Positions 28,504 to 38,428 of a stretch of DNA of 64,000 nucleotides are shown here, piece after piece. The DNA lies in assembly GCA_965198225.1 (NCBI GenBank), contig CBDAOY010000005.1, forward strand, positions 288,001-352,000, given 5' to 3'. Positions within the stretch are counted from its first letter, which is position 1. Every line of letters starts with the position of its first letter. The translations under genes and the position numbers were made by a program. The stretch comes from Terriglobia bacterium. GTDB lineage: Bacteria > Acidobacteriota > Terriglobia > 20CM-2-55-15. The notes beneath the pieces were generated by a model. The model was not told where the DNA came from. It made no database searches and saw only the letters and a program-made list of their open reading frames with translations.

Positions 28504-29499
28504 TCATTTCTCGACTTCCGTCGAGGGGGCAAACACGTCGTATCGCTTGCCTTGATTCCTTCCGTTCTCCCTATACCACTCCATAGTAGATCGGATCCCA
28601 TCCTTCAGCGTTATCTTCGGCTTGAAACCGATGGCGGTGGCGCGAGAGATCTCCAGTACTCGCTCCAGATCACCGGAGGGTTTCGACGTGTCCCATTCCA
28701 CGAATGGCGGAGACGTCATGTTGCTCAGAATGATTTCCACCAGTTCCGCGACCGAAACCCCTTCGCCGCATCCTATATTGACGGGACGTCGCTCTTCAGA
28801 CCGCGCCAGGACCAACAGTCCCGTTGCTGCATCCCTGGAGTGGAGGAAGTCTCTCCGTTGGGAACCGTCACCCCAGACCCTCAACGGACTCTTACCATCG
28901 ATGGCGCGCTTGATCAACGATGGTATGACCATCGCGTTTTCCAGGTCAAAGTTGTCGAAGGGCCCGTATACGTTCGCCGGCCGGGCCACCGAGACGTCCT
29001 CCCAGCCGTACTCAATCCTGCAGGCCTCTGCCTGCAGCTCACCGATTCGTTTAGCCCATCCGGCAAAGCGGTCATTCTCGGACGGAAAGGTCTTCCAGAC
29101 ATCATCCTCGTGAAAAACTGGTGCCGGGCTGTAAACGGCCAGGGAGCTCGTAAAGAGAAAACCGCCGACGCCCGCCTGACGGGCGGCCTCCATCAGATTC
29201 GTGTTGAACCGGAGATGAGGAACCAGAAAGCTGGCTGGTTTTCGCGTCGTTACCGCGGGAGATCCCTTGACGCACAACAGGTTGAAGACAAAGTCAATGT
29301 CAGTGCAGGATTCCAGGCAGTTTCCGAAGTCCAGCAGATCGACCTGACGGAACTCCGCGTCCGTATGAGCCCGGGACGGGTCGTCCATCGACACGATCCT
29401 GACGCTGGCGCCTTCGGCCAGCAGCAACTCGACGAGCGGTATGCCGATCAATCCGGTTCCGCCGGCAACCAGGACGTTTTTTCCTCTGAACTCTTTCAC
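28504..29499 (-). CDS. GDP-L-fucose synthase-like epimerase/reductase
   Basis: AGGTGLIG, RPANVYGPFDNFD and WGDGSQRRDF. Confidence 0.85.
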   Translation of the reverse strand: MKEFRGKNVLVAGGTGLIGIPLVELLLAEGASVRIVSMDDPSRAHTDAEFRQVDLLDFGNCLESCTDIDFVFNLLCVKGSPAVTTRKPASFLVPHLRFNTNLMEAARQAGVGGFLFTSSLAVYSPAPVFHEDDVWKTFPSENDRFAGWAKRIGELQAEACRIEYGWEDVSVARPANVYGPFDNFDLENAMVIPSLIKRAIDGKSPLRVWGDGSQRRDFLHSRDAATGLLVLARSEERRPVNIGCGEGVSVAELVEIILSNMTSPPFVEWDTSKPSGDLERVLEISRATAIGFKPKITLKDGIRSTMEWYRENGRNQGKRYDVFAPSTEVEK

Positions 29500-29500
29500 C

Positions 29501-31450
29501 CTAGAAATGCCCTTCGATCTCGGCCTCTACAAGACTATGTCCGTAAAGGTACGCGCCCTTCTTGTTGCCGTACCAGACGACTTCACGGTACCACTGATTC
29601 CAGTCGGACCACGTTTCCGTGGTTCGGTCGATCCGGTGGGAGGAAACCGTCCGCTCGAGCGGTATCGGAACGCCCTTCAACACCGACTCGTTGGTGGACA
29701 ACGCGATCTCCAGATCCTCTGTCTGGAACGGCATTTTGATGAGGGAGCGATTCAGTTCGAAAGCATCACGAAGCGCTCCCCGGGGAACTTCAGCCCCCGA
29801 CAGGCTCCGAACCAGGAGTCTTTCGGCCTCCTCGTAGAATCGCTCCAGCCGGCCGCTTCTGGCCAGTTCGATGAAGACGAACTCATCCGCCGGCCACCAG
29901 ATGTTCAAGTAGTCCTGTGCCGGGCAGTACTCTTCTCCTCCCGCCTGGATCTCGCGGGCTTTCTGTATGAACGTCGACCGAATACCCTCGATGACCGGAA
30001 AGTCCGCGTCGTCCATCTCTGAAAAAATCGAGAGAAGCTGCCGGTAGGGGATTCCGCAGGCTTCGTGGAGAAGAATCAACGGTATCTGGATGATCTTGTC
30101 GAAGTGCATCAGCGCCGTCACCCAGCAGAACGCCCGTGTCCGAACCCAATCCTCCGGAGGCATGGTGTTTGTCGCGACGACAAGTTCCTGCATCTCGTCG
30201 ACTCCATCGACCGATTCAGCGATCACCCCATGGTATATGACCGCTTTCGACTCCACCGTCACCGTGCCGTAACGCTCGCGGTACACGGGATCAGCCATCT
30301 CCGCGTTGGGCAGGATCGACAGGTTTCCGAACTGTATCCGGTTGTGTTGACCATTTTCGATCGCCGACGAGACCCCGTCGGCGAACGATTCGTAGGTCTC
30401 GCCCGGTAACCCAAGCAGCATGTCGTTGTACGTCTCGATTCCATCTATCGTGAACCGGCGCTGGAGTTCACGGTACGAATCGAGGGAGATGTTGCCTCTC
30501 TTGATGTTGTCCAGCGTAGTCGAATCGAGCGATTGGAAAGCAATCGTCACACCTTTGTTGAGGCCGGCGGCGGCCAGCCGCTTCTGGACCTCGTAGGCTC
30601 GTTCGGTGGCGTTCTTCGTGTTCTGAACCGAGAGCGCGTGGGGATAGCCGGTGCGCGCTTTGACTTCGGCCACGTGTTTCACAAGGTCGAGATCTCGCGG
30701 AAGGATGCCGAAATTGGCATCGGCGCAGAAGATGAATTCGATCTCGTGCGCGGCAAACCACTCCAGTTCCGCGTAGAGAGTGTCGATGTCGAAACGATAC
30801 ACCTTGCTGGCGATCGCGGATCCCCAATCGCAGAAAGTGCATGAAAAGGGACAACCGCGATTCGTCTCCCAGAGAGCCAGCCACTGCTCACCTGGATTCC
30901 TTTCCATCAGGTCATCGAAAACGCCTCCGAGGTAGGGAGACGGAATCACGGACAGATCCTTGAGCCGGGCCACGCGGGGGGTCTGGCGGTATTCAAGATC
31001 CTGGTCCAGAAAGCTGAGAGAAGGCACCTTTGTCCATTCCCTGGAGGGAAAGTTTTCGAGAATCGAGAGGAAGGCCTGCTCGCCCTCGTTGTGACAAGCT
31101 AAATCCACGCTGGTGTTTTGACGCAGAAACGTCTCTCCACGATCGGGAACCTGAGGGCCGCCGAAGACCGTCAGGACCTCGGGGTTCCGTTGCTTTAGAG
31201 CCTCCGCGATAGCTAATGAGAGTCGAATGTTCCAGACGTAGGAACTGAAGAAGACCGCCTCGGCCTCGGCCAACTGCAGCACCGCCTCATCTACGGGTGT
31301 CCGCTGGTAGACAGGAAGCAGAAATTCGTAATCCTCCGGGCGCTCCAGGTGCGCTTGAGCGTATGCCTGAAGGATGCCCGCCGAATACGGAAGATAGTTC
31401 TGCCCTGAGAAGCTGTTGTTGATCTGGACCAGACCGACCTTGACGGCCAT
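29501..31450 (-). CDS. B12-binding radical SAM protein
   Basis: YLPYSAG, FGGPQVP, EGE and WETNRGCPFSCTFCDWG, followed by DANFG. Confidence 0.88.
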   Translation of the reverse strand: MAVKVGLVQINNSFSGQNYLPYSAGILQAYAQAHLERPEDYEFLLPVYQRTPVDEAVLQLAEAEAVFFSSYVWNIRLSLAIAEALKQRNPEVLTVFGGPQVPDRGETFLRQNTSVDLACHNEGEQAFLSILENFPSREWTKVPSLSFLDQDLEYRQTPRVARLKDLSVIPSPYLGGVFDDLMERNPGEQWLALWETNRGCPFSCTFCDWGSAIASKVYRFDIDTLYAELEWFAAHEIEFIFCADANFGILPRDLDLVKHVAEVKARTGYPHALSVQNTKNATERAYEVQKRLAAAGLNKGVTIAFQSLDSTTLDNIKRGNISLDSYRELQRRFTIDGIETYNDMLLGLPGETYESFADGVSSAIENGQHNRIQFGNLSILPNAEMADPVYRERYGTVTVESKAVIYHGVIAESVDGVDEMQELVVATNTMPPEDWVRTRAFCWVTALMHFDKIIQIPLILLHEACGIPYRQLLSIFSEMDDADFPVIEGIRSTFIQKAREIQAGGEEYCPAQDYLNIWWPADEFVFIELARSGRLERFYEEAERLLVRSLSGAEVPRGALRDAFELNRSLIKMPFQTEDLEIALSTNESVLKGVPIPLERTVSSHRIDRTTETWSDWNQWYREVVWYGNKKGAYLYGHSLVEAEIEGHF

Positions 31451-31476
31451 GATTCTCCTTTCGAGTGGCGTCCGAA

Positions 31477-31983
31477 CTAAAAAACGGGGGACTCGGACTT
31501 CTGGCGGACCAACTCTGCGGCGCGCGCCACAATCCGGTCGACGCTCGGCGTGCCGTTATCCAGATGAGGCGCAAAACCCGCCGTTCTCTCCTCCAGGGCC
31601 AGAGCATGAACCGGCGACGAGGACGCCAGCATCAACTCATGCGCCAGACACCTGGAAGGGCCGCCCGTCTCGAAATCGGAATCCAGAACCAGCCCGAGCC
31701 CGGTTTTGCGGAGAGAACCGGTCATGGACGCGGTCACTTGGAACGGTTTGAGCCAGAACAGATGGATCACGTCGCACACGATGCCTTCCGAGGCGAGTCG
31801 CTGCCTGGCCTCCAGCGCATTGAGTCTCGTTGCGCTGATCGCAAGAATCGTGATGTCCGCCCGATCTTCGAGCAGATCGTCCATCTCGTAGTCGATGCCG
31901 AAACTCCGGCGATGCTCGCTGACGTAGACAGGATCGTCGTGCTTGATGAACCAATTCCAAGCCTCGGTCCACTCTCCGGGGGT
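31477..31983 (-). pseudogene. Transketolase/pyruvate dehydrogenase E1-beta-like protein, 5'-truncated
   Basis: The frame extends upstream to TPGEW...HDDPVYVSEHRR and is then lost at the junction near 31983. C-terminal domain has DVIHLFWLKP. Confidence 0.7.
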
Positions 31984-32807
31984 CGGCCCGGTGAGATGTT
32001 CAACGGCGATTTCGAACGGAATCCGATGAACGGCGGGCCGTCGGCTACGAACACCGTGTAGGCGTCCAAGGGCTGCCCCTTGTTTACAAGAAACTCCACA
32101 TAAGGAAAGCGCTCCTGAGACCGTGTCTCGAACGTCCGCAATCGATTCCAGGCCAGTTCGGCCCCCAACTCGCTGTTCTGGCCGATGAAGTAACCCATCG
32201 CAGTGAGGTTTGCCCCTTTCGTGTTCGGGACATGGGTCGCCACGATCATCTCGGGGTCTTCGTAGAACCTCCAGACCAGATCGAGGACCTGGGTCAGGTA
32301 GCTCACGTCCAGATCGGCCGTACGCCGCAACTCGAAATCCGCCGCCTCGAGATCCCCCATCCGGATGTAAAGGTTGGCAGCCGCCCAGTGCATCTGCGCC
32401 CAGTTCGGATCCATCTCGAGCGCCTTCCCCATCGCACCACGCGAGGCCTCGACATCGCCTTCCTGCTCGTAGAACTTCGACAACTCCAACCAGTGCCCGG
32501 ACCGGTACGGGTTCAGTCGGACCGCTGCCAGGTATTGTTCCTTGGCCTTATCCAGGTCCAGATAGAGGGTCGAGTAGTTGTAGATCTGAGCGAGGGCGAA
32601 TCGATAGTCGGCGTTTTCGGGATCGTACTCGATGGCGCGTTCGTAGATGGCGGGATCGGGAGTCCTGTCCCGCGTGATCCACGCGGCCAGGAACAGCCAC
32701 CAGGTCTGGTAGAACATGAAACCGCACGCCGACAGCGTCAATACGATCGCGATCACCTTGCGGGGCCAGGTGTCGAGTTCGATCTCCCACTTGTTCCTAG
32801 AAGTCAC
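31984..32807 (-). pseudogene. Membrane-anchored TPR protein, 3'-truncated
   Basis: TM segment followed by TPR repeats (YERAIEYDPENADY, AVRLNPY, ALEMDPN). It breaks at ~32038, and its expected continuation (MFNGDFE..PMNGG) is on the opposite strand. Confidence 0.7.
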
Positions 32808-32821
32808 TGGCGATCGCGGCT

Positions 32822-33940
32822 CTACCCCCGCTGCTCCGGCGGGACCCACTTCAGGATGGGTTCCGGACCCGTGTAGTCGGCCCTTGGACGAATCAACCGA
32901 TTGTCGGAGTATTGTTCCAGAACGTGCGCGGTCCAGCCGGCCATCCGGCTGACGGTGAAGAACGGCGTAAACAGGTCGATCGGGAGGCCGATCACGTAGT
33001 ATGTGCTGGCGGAGTAGAAATCGACGTTCGCGCTGAGCTTTTTCTCGGCGTTGATGATCTTCTCGATGTGCGATGACATGTCGAACCACTTCGTATCGCC
33101 GGAACGCTCGCCCGCTTCCTGAGACATCCTGCGCAGATGGGTCGCCCGCGGGTCCTCCGTCGTGTAGACGCGGTGTCCGAAGCCGGGGACCTTCTTCTTC
33201 TCGGCGAGCATCGCGTGGACGGTTTCGTCGACCTTCGAATCGTCACCGATCTCCAGCAACAACCGCATGACGTTCGCGTTCGCGCCGCCATGCAACGGGC
33301 CCTTGAGCGCTCCGATACCGGAAGTCACGGCCGAGTATATGTCCGACAGCGTGGCCGATGTCACCCGCGCCGCGAACGTCGACGCGTTGTACTCATGGTC
33401 GGCATGGAGGATCAGGGCGATGTCGAGCGCCCGCTCGATGACCTCGTTCGGTTCCTCGCCACTCAACATGTAGTAGAAGTTTCCCGCGTGGCTCAAGTCC
33501 GAGCGCGGCGCGACGGGCTCCTCCCCATCCCGCAGCCTGGCGATCGCGGCAACGAGCGTCGCGGTCTGGGCCGTGACCCGCATCGCTTTCCGGTTGTTCG
33601 CTTCTGTTGAGCTGTCCTCCGCATCCGGATCGAACAACGCCAGCGCAGACACGGCGGACCGAAGTGCCGCCATCGGGGGTGCGGACTTTGAAAAATGCCG
33701 GATGATCGCGCCGACTTCGTCGGGAATGGCTCGGGAGTCCGCCATCTGCTTCGAAGTGTCGGCGAGTTCGCCGGCCTTCGGCAGGCTTCCAAACCACAGC
33801 AGGTGAGCTGTCTCCTCGAAGGTGGAATTAGGAGCAAGCTCGTGGATGTCGTACCCACGGTAGGAAAGTAGCCCTTTCGCCCCATCGATGTAGCAGATCC
33901 CCGATTGACCCGCTATGACATCTTGAAGTCCTGCTGGCAT
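32822..33940 (-). CDS. gltA: Citrate synthase
   Basis: LHADHE.NAST, GPLHGGAN, GFGHRVY and NVDFYS. Confidence 0.95.
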   Translation of the reverse strand: MPAGLQDVIAGQSGICYIDGAKGLLSYRGYDIHELAPNSTFEETAHLLWFGSLPKAGELADTSKQMADSRAIPDEVGAIIRHFSKSAPPMAALRSAVSALALFDPDAEDSSTEANNRKAMRVTAQTATLVAAIARLRDGEEPVAPRSDLSHAGNFYYMLSGEEPNEVIERALDIALILHADHEYNASTFAARVTSATLSDIYSAVTSGIGALKGPLHGGANANVMRLLLEIGDDSKVDETVHAMLAEKKKVPGFGHRVYTTEDPRATHLRRMSQEAGERSGDTKWFDMSSHIEKIINAEKKLSANVDFYSASTYYVIGLPIDLFTPFFTVSRMAGWTAHVLEQYSDNRLIRPRADYTGPEPILKWVPPEQRG

Positions 33941-33993
33941 TTGCCGTCCTCCTTAGTTTGAATCACTAGAGCAGCCAGTACCGGGGCATCATT

Positions 33994-34746
33994 TTATTGG
34001 TTTGAGGGGGGAGTTTCTACTTCCAATTCGGCTCCGGCCCGGACGCGGAGGCGATCGGCCGCCGACGCCTGACTCATGGAAACCTCGACATAGCCGCTGC
34101 TGCCGACGATCAGGAACAGCTCTCCGGACGGCGCCGCAGAAAAGGAGGAATGTGTCTTTCGGATCTCGCGACCGCCGAGCCGGACGACGGACGTCGGGCT
34201 CAGGTCGTCCGGCCGGAGACTGGTGACAATGTTGCCGAACTTATCGACATGAAGAACACGCGGCCGGTCGCTGGCAGGCGCGAGGCTCAGGAAATCCCGG
34301 ATCCGGGGGCCTACAGACTCTAGCGGCGCACCCATCGCCAGTCGAGCCGCCACGGGCGCAAAGATGTCTCGCCCGTGGAATGTCGTGCTTACGGGATCCA
34401 GGAAGTACTCCTCGTTCGTGATGTGATGCAGGTCCCCGTCCTCGTCCAGGCACAATGACAACAGCCCGTTGTCCGGACCGACGAACAGGCTGCGCCCGTC
34501 GGACCCCGCAATCGGTCGCCGTTGGGAGCCGACTCCGGGGTCGACAACAGCGACATGGACCGTACCAGGCGGAAAGAATCTTGCCGCCGAAAAAAGAACG
34601 AAGGCGCCCGCCAGGACGTCGTGCGACGACACGCCGTGGCTGATGTCGACAACCCGGGCTTCGGGCACGATTCCCAAGATCACGCCCTTCATGCAGCCGA
34701 CATAGCCGTCGGCGGTCCCGAAGTCCGTGGTCAGAGTGATGATCAT
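33994..34746 (-). CDS. SAM hydrolase / SAM-dependent halogenase family protein (DUF62)
   Basis: ITLTTDFG, VVDPGVGS.R, GPDNG, STTFHGRDIFAP and VDKFGN. Confidence 0.9.
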   Translation of the reverse strand: MIITLTTDFGTADGYVGCMKGVILGIVPEARVVDISHGVSSHDVLAGAFVLFSAARFFPPGTVHVAVVDPGVGSQRRPIAGSDGRSLFVGPDNGLLSLCLDEDGDLHHITNEEYFLDPVSTTFHGRDIFAPVAARLAMGAPLESVGPRIRDFLSLAPASDRPRVLHVDKFGNIVTSLRPDDLSPTSVVRLGGREIRKTHSSFSAAPSGELFLIVGSSGYVEVSMSQASAADRLRVRAGAELEVETPPSNQ

Positions 34747-34823
34747 GCTAAGATCGGTCCAATGTCCGAAGTTCAAAGTCGAGCCTCTACTACCGTGATT
34801 TTGGACGTCGGACTGCTCGACCT

Positions 34824-36005
34824 ATGAGACAAGTTTACCTCGACAACAACGCGACGACCGCGCTGCGGCCCGAGGTGCTCGATCGGATGCAACCGTTCTT
34901 TCTCGAGCACTACGGCAACGCTTCGTCGATCCACCGTTTCGGCCAGGAAGCGAAGGCCGCGATAGACGATGCTAGAGGGCAGGTCGCGCGATTGATAGGA
35001 GCACAGACCGCGGAAATCGTCTTCCTGAGTGGCGGAACCGAGGCTGACAACCTCGCGATCCGAGGGATCGTCGAGTCGCAGGCACCCAAAGGCCGCCATA
35101 TTATCACGTCACAGATCGAGCATCATGCGGTCCTGCACACGTGCAAAGAGCTGGAAAAACAGGGCTTCGAGGTGACATGGCTCCCGGTCAGCCGGGACGG
35201 ACTCGTCGATGCGGACATGGTCCGGAGGGCAATTCGTCCGGATACGATTCTGATCACGATAATGCACGCCAACAACGAGATCGGCACGATACAGCCCCTC
35301 GAGCGGATCGGCCAGATCGCCGCCGACGCTGGCATCTGCCTCCACTCCGACGGGGTTCAGGCAACCGGAAAGATCCCGGTCGACGTGAAGGCCCTCGGCG
35401 CGCATCTGTACTCGATGTCGGGCCACAAGCTCCACGGTCCGAAGGGTGTGGGCGCGTTGTACGTCCGCAAGGGCACTCCTCTCAAGCCCCAGATGACCGG
35501 GGGTGGACACGAACGGAACCGCAGGTCCGGGACAGAGAACGTCACCGCGATTGTCGGGTTCGGTGCGGCCGCGGACCTCGCCCGACGTGAACTGACGGAA
35601 GAGATGAACCGGGTCGGGAGGCTCCGTGACACCATGGAGGAGGGCCTGCGGGCGGCAATACCCGACATCCACGTCAACGGCGAGAACGGGCCGCGGCTGC
35701 CGAACACGTCGAACCTCATGGTCGACTACGCTGAAGGCGAAGGCCTCGTTATTTCGCTGGACCTGAAGGGTATCGCGGTCTCGACCGGGTCGGCCTGTTC
35801 GTCGGGTTCGCTGGAACCCTCCCATGTCCTGACCGCGATCGGAAGGACTCCCGACGAGGGGTTTGGGAGCCTCAGGATCAGCCTGAGCGCCCTGACAACG
35901 CGGGAGGAGGTCGAATATTTACTCGAGGCCCTGCCCGGCATTGTCGAGAGACTTCGAGAGCTCTCGCCCTACTACAGGAAGTCCGGATCTGCCCAGAGAC
36001 GCTGA
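34824..36005 (+). CDS. iscS: Cysteine desulfurase
   Basis: YLDNNATT, SGHKLHGPKG, RSGTEN and STGSACSS. Confidence 0.95.
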   Translation: MRQVYLDNNATTALRPEVLDRMQPFFLEHYGNASSIHRFGQEAKAAIDDARGQVARLIGAQTAEIVFLSGGTEADNLAIRGIVESQAPKGRHIITSQIEHHAVLHTCKELEKQGFEVTWLPVSRDGLVDADMVRRAIRPDTILITIMHANNEIGTIQPLERIGQIAADAGICLHSDGVQATGKIPVDVKALGAHLYSMSGHKLHGPKGVGALYVRKGTPLKPQMTGGGHERNRRSGTENVTAIVGFGAAADLARRELTEEMNRVGRLRDTMEEGLRAAIPDIHVNGENGPRLPNTSNLMVDYAEGEGLVISLDLKGIAVSTGSACSSGSLEPSHVLTAIGRTPDEGFGSLRISLSALTTREEVEYLLEALPGIVERLRELSPYYRKSGSAQRR

Positions 36006-36007
36006 CG

Positions 36008-36364
36008 ATGAGTTATTCCGAAAAGCTCCTGGACTACTTCGAAAATCCGCGCTGTGCGGGAGAGATCGCCGACGCCGATGTGGTCGCGGAGGTCAGCAAT
36101 CCGGTCTGCGGAGATGTCATGAAGCTGTGGATCAAACTCTCCGGTGAGCACGTCTCGGATGCAAAGTTCAAAGCGCAGGGATGCACCGCCGCGATCGCGA
36201 CGAGTTCGTTCGCGACCGAGATGCTGATCGGGATGGATATCGAGCAGGCGCGGGGGATCAGTCGGGAGGAAATCGCAGATGCCCTGGGCGGCCTGCCGGC
36301 ATCGAAGATGCATTGCAGCGTTCTGGCTTCGGACGCGATACGGGAGGCCTTGAGAGACCTGTGA
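36008..36364 (+). CDS. iscU: Fe-S cluster scaffold protein
   Basis: NPVCGD, FKAQGC and KMHCS. Confidence 0.9.
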   Translation: MSYSEKLLDYFENPRCAGEIADADVVAEVSNPVCGDVMKLWIKLSGEHVSDAKFKAQGCTAAIATSSFATEMLIGMDIEQARGISREEIADALGGLPASKMHCSVLASDAIREALRDL

Positions 36365-37452
36365 TTGCTGTCGCTATGAGTGGCGGCGTCGATTCATCGG
36401 CCGCCGCGGCGTTGTTGAAGGCACAGGGGCATGACATCGTCGGGTTGTCGATGCAACTCTGGAATCAGCGGCGCAAACTCGGCGCGGACGCCGACGCGGA
36501 TGCGGAAGTTCGCCGCACGGGACGTTGCTGTTCGATCGATGACGTCTGGGATGCCCGGCGGGTAGCCAGCCACATCGGCTTTCCGTTCTACGTCCTGAAC
36601 CTCGAAGACAAATTCGAGCAGACCGTCATCGCGCCTTTTGTCAGCTCGTACTTGAATGGCGAGACTCCAAGCCCATGCGTCCTCTGCAACAACTACGTGA
36701 AGTTCCATCACCTGATGGACAAGGCGGCACAAATCGGCGCCGACCGCGTGGCCACGGGTCACTACGCCCGTGTCCGGTTCGACGAAGCACTCGGGCGGTG
36801 GCTTTTGCTTCGCGGACGCGATGGTGGGAAAGACCAATCCTATTTCCTGTTCGGTCTGACGCAAGCCCAACTGTCGAAGACGGTTTTTCCGCTCGGCGAG
36901 CTCCAGAAGGCTGAGGTGCGGGAGATCGCCCGGAACGCGGGCCTGCCAACCTACAACAAGCCGGAGTCGCAGGAAATTTGCTTTGTTCAGGGCCGTTCCT
37001 ATGCCGACTTCGTGGAGAAGTACTCCGAGACGACATCAGGTGATAGAGGGGAGATCGTGAACCTGGCGGGAGCCGTCGTCGGATCCCATTTGGGCATTCA
37101 CCGCTACACGGTCGGGCAAAGGAAGGGTCTGATGGCTACCGGGAAGCCGCAATACGTCGTCCGTATCGAGCCGGCTTCGAACCAGATCGTTGTCGGAGAC
37201 GACGCGGATACGGCCGAACAGCGCTTTGCCGTACGGGATGCGAATTGGATCGCGATCGAGCGGCCCTCCGACCCGATCCGCTGCAGCATCCAGATCCGGA
37301 ACCGGTTCGAGCCGCAGGCCGGCAGCGTCTTTATCGAAGACGGAAGGACGATCGTCCGTTTCGACACCCCGCAACGTGCCGTCACTCCTGGCCAGGCCGC
37401 CGTCTTCTACTGGGACGACGTCGTGGTCGGCGGCGGTTGGATCGTGCGCTGA
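36361..37452 (+). CDS. mnmA: tRNA 2-thiouridylase
   Basis: AMSGGVDSS, TPSPCVLCN, ATGHYAR, KDQSYFL, ESQEICF and TPGQ. Confidence 0.95.
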   Translation: MIAVAMSGGVDSSAAAALLKAQGHDIVGLSMQLWNQRRKLGADADADAEVRRTGRCCSIDDVWDARRVASHIGFPFYVLNLEDKFEQTVIAPFVSSYLNGETPSPCVLCNNYVKFHHLMDKAAQIGADRVATGHYARVRFDEALGRWLLLRGRDGGKDQSYFLFGLTQAQLSKTVFPLGELQKAEVREIARNAGLPTYNKPESQEICFVQGRSYADFVEKYSETTSGDRGEIVNLAGAVVGSHLGIHRYTVGQRKGLMATGKPQYVVRIEPASNQIVVGDDADTAEQRFAVRDANWIAIERPSDPIRCSIQIRNRFEPQAGSVFIEDGRTIVRFDTPQRAVTPGQAAVFYWDDVVVGGGWIVR

Positions 37453-37636
37453 TTAACCGGATTGCACGGACAGGAAGAAGCTAGCCACGGATTACACGGA
37501 TTGCACGGACAGGCAGAACCCTATGGTCTGCCCTCCGAAAGACCACTCCCAATCCGTTAAATCCGTGCAATCCGTGGCAATCCGTGGCTGAATTCATCCG
37601 CGCAATCCGTGGCTGGATCTCTCCGCGCAATCCAGG
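37453..37636. repeat. Family C element: inverted arms of tandem 9-mers (NCACGGATT / AATCCGTGN)
   Basis: Multiple units on each side of a TGGTCT..AGACCA hairpin. Homologous to 59619-59790 in reverse orientation. Confidence 0.85.
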
Positions 37637-37639
37637 TTC

Positions 37640-38281
37640 ATGGACAATTATTTCAACTACTTCACCGAAATCGAACGGTATTACCAGTCCAAGCGCGAGA
37701 GTTTCACGCTCCTTTCGACCCTGGACTGGGTTCTGATCGAGAGTTGGAAGGACCAGGGAGTGCCGCTCGAACTCGTCCTCAAGGGAATGGACCGTGCCTT
37801 CTCCAAGGCCAAACGTAAGGTGAGCTCGCTGGCCTACTGCGCGAACGCAATCTCAGAGGTCGTCAACGAGCAGAAGAACCTGCGTACGGAAGCCCCCGAT
37901 CTGCCCGAATTCTCGACGGATGAAGTCGCCGCCTATCTCGCGGGACTGGCTGATCAGATCGCACCGCTGGGAAAAACCTTTCCGGAATTCGAATCTCGGT
38001 TCTCGCAGATCGCGAGTTCCATCCGCAGTCAGGAGGGTTCGGACCTTCAGGCAGGTGAACAGGCCCTCAACGCGCTGGAAGAGAAACTGATCGCCATCAT
38101 CAAGATCGCAGCCGATGAACGTATCTTGATCGATGTCGGGAGGGAAGTCGAGCGCAGCCTGGCATCGTTCCGTCGAACGATGACCGCCGAGCAACTGGCC
38201 ATGCTCGAACAGCAGCTCTGGAAGCGGAAACTGATGGAACGCTACAACGCCCCCCGCCTCAGCCTCTTCTACTTGATTTGA
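37640..38281 (+). CDS. Hypothetical protein
   Basis: 213-aa ORF with typical codon usage, co-oriented with its neighbours. Confidence 0.7.
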   Translation: MDNYFNYFTEIERYYQSKRESFTLLSTLDWVLIESWKDQGVPLELVLKGMDRAFSKAKRKVSSLAYCANAISEVVNEQKNLRTEAPDLPEFSTDEVAAYLAGLADQIAPLGKTFPEFESRFSQIASSIRSQEGSDLQAGEQALNALEEKLIAIIKIAADERILIDVGREVERSLASFRRTMTAEQLAMLEQQLWKRKLMERYNAPRLSLFYLI

Positions 38282-38299
38282 CACGAACGGAAGAGGACT

Positions 38300-38383
38300 A
38301 ACCACGGAGGCGCAGAGGCACGGAGTTCTTAGTATTTCAAGCAGACCCTGAGACGATCCTCCGCGCCTCCATGTCTCCGGGGT
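38300..38383. repeat. Family A inverted tandem-octamer element (empty)
   Basis: ACCACGGAG-GCGCAGAG-GCACGGAG...CTCCGCGC-CTCCATGT-CTCCGGGGT. Confidence 0.8.
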
Positions 38384-38428
38384 CCAAAACAGGTTCGCGA
38401 TGTCAGTGCCTTCGCGGTGAAACGCCAA

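Noticed and set aside
31767-33089. 440-aa track ORF as a single intact protein
   Set aside because: Its N-terminus overlaps gltA out of frame and its C-terminus runs across a rearrangement junction. Only ~32807-32038 is TPR-like.
33994-34746. Fluorinase or chlorinase
   Set aside because: The housekeeping context and generic DUF62 motifs fit the widespread SAM hydrolase better. Nothing visible supports halogenase activity.
37453-37636. Tandem CACGGATT/CACGGAG units as a CRISPR array
   Set aside because: Units are 8-9 bp, adjacent and arranged as inverted arms. There are no 25-40 bp repeats with unique spacers and no cas genes.
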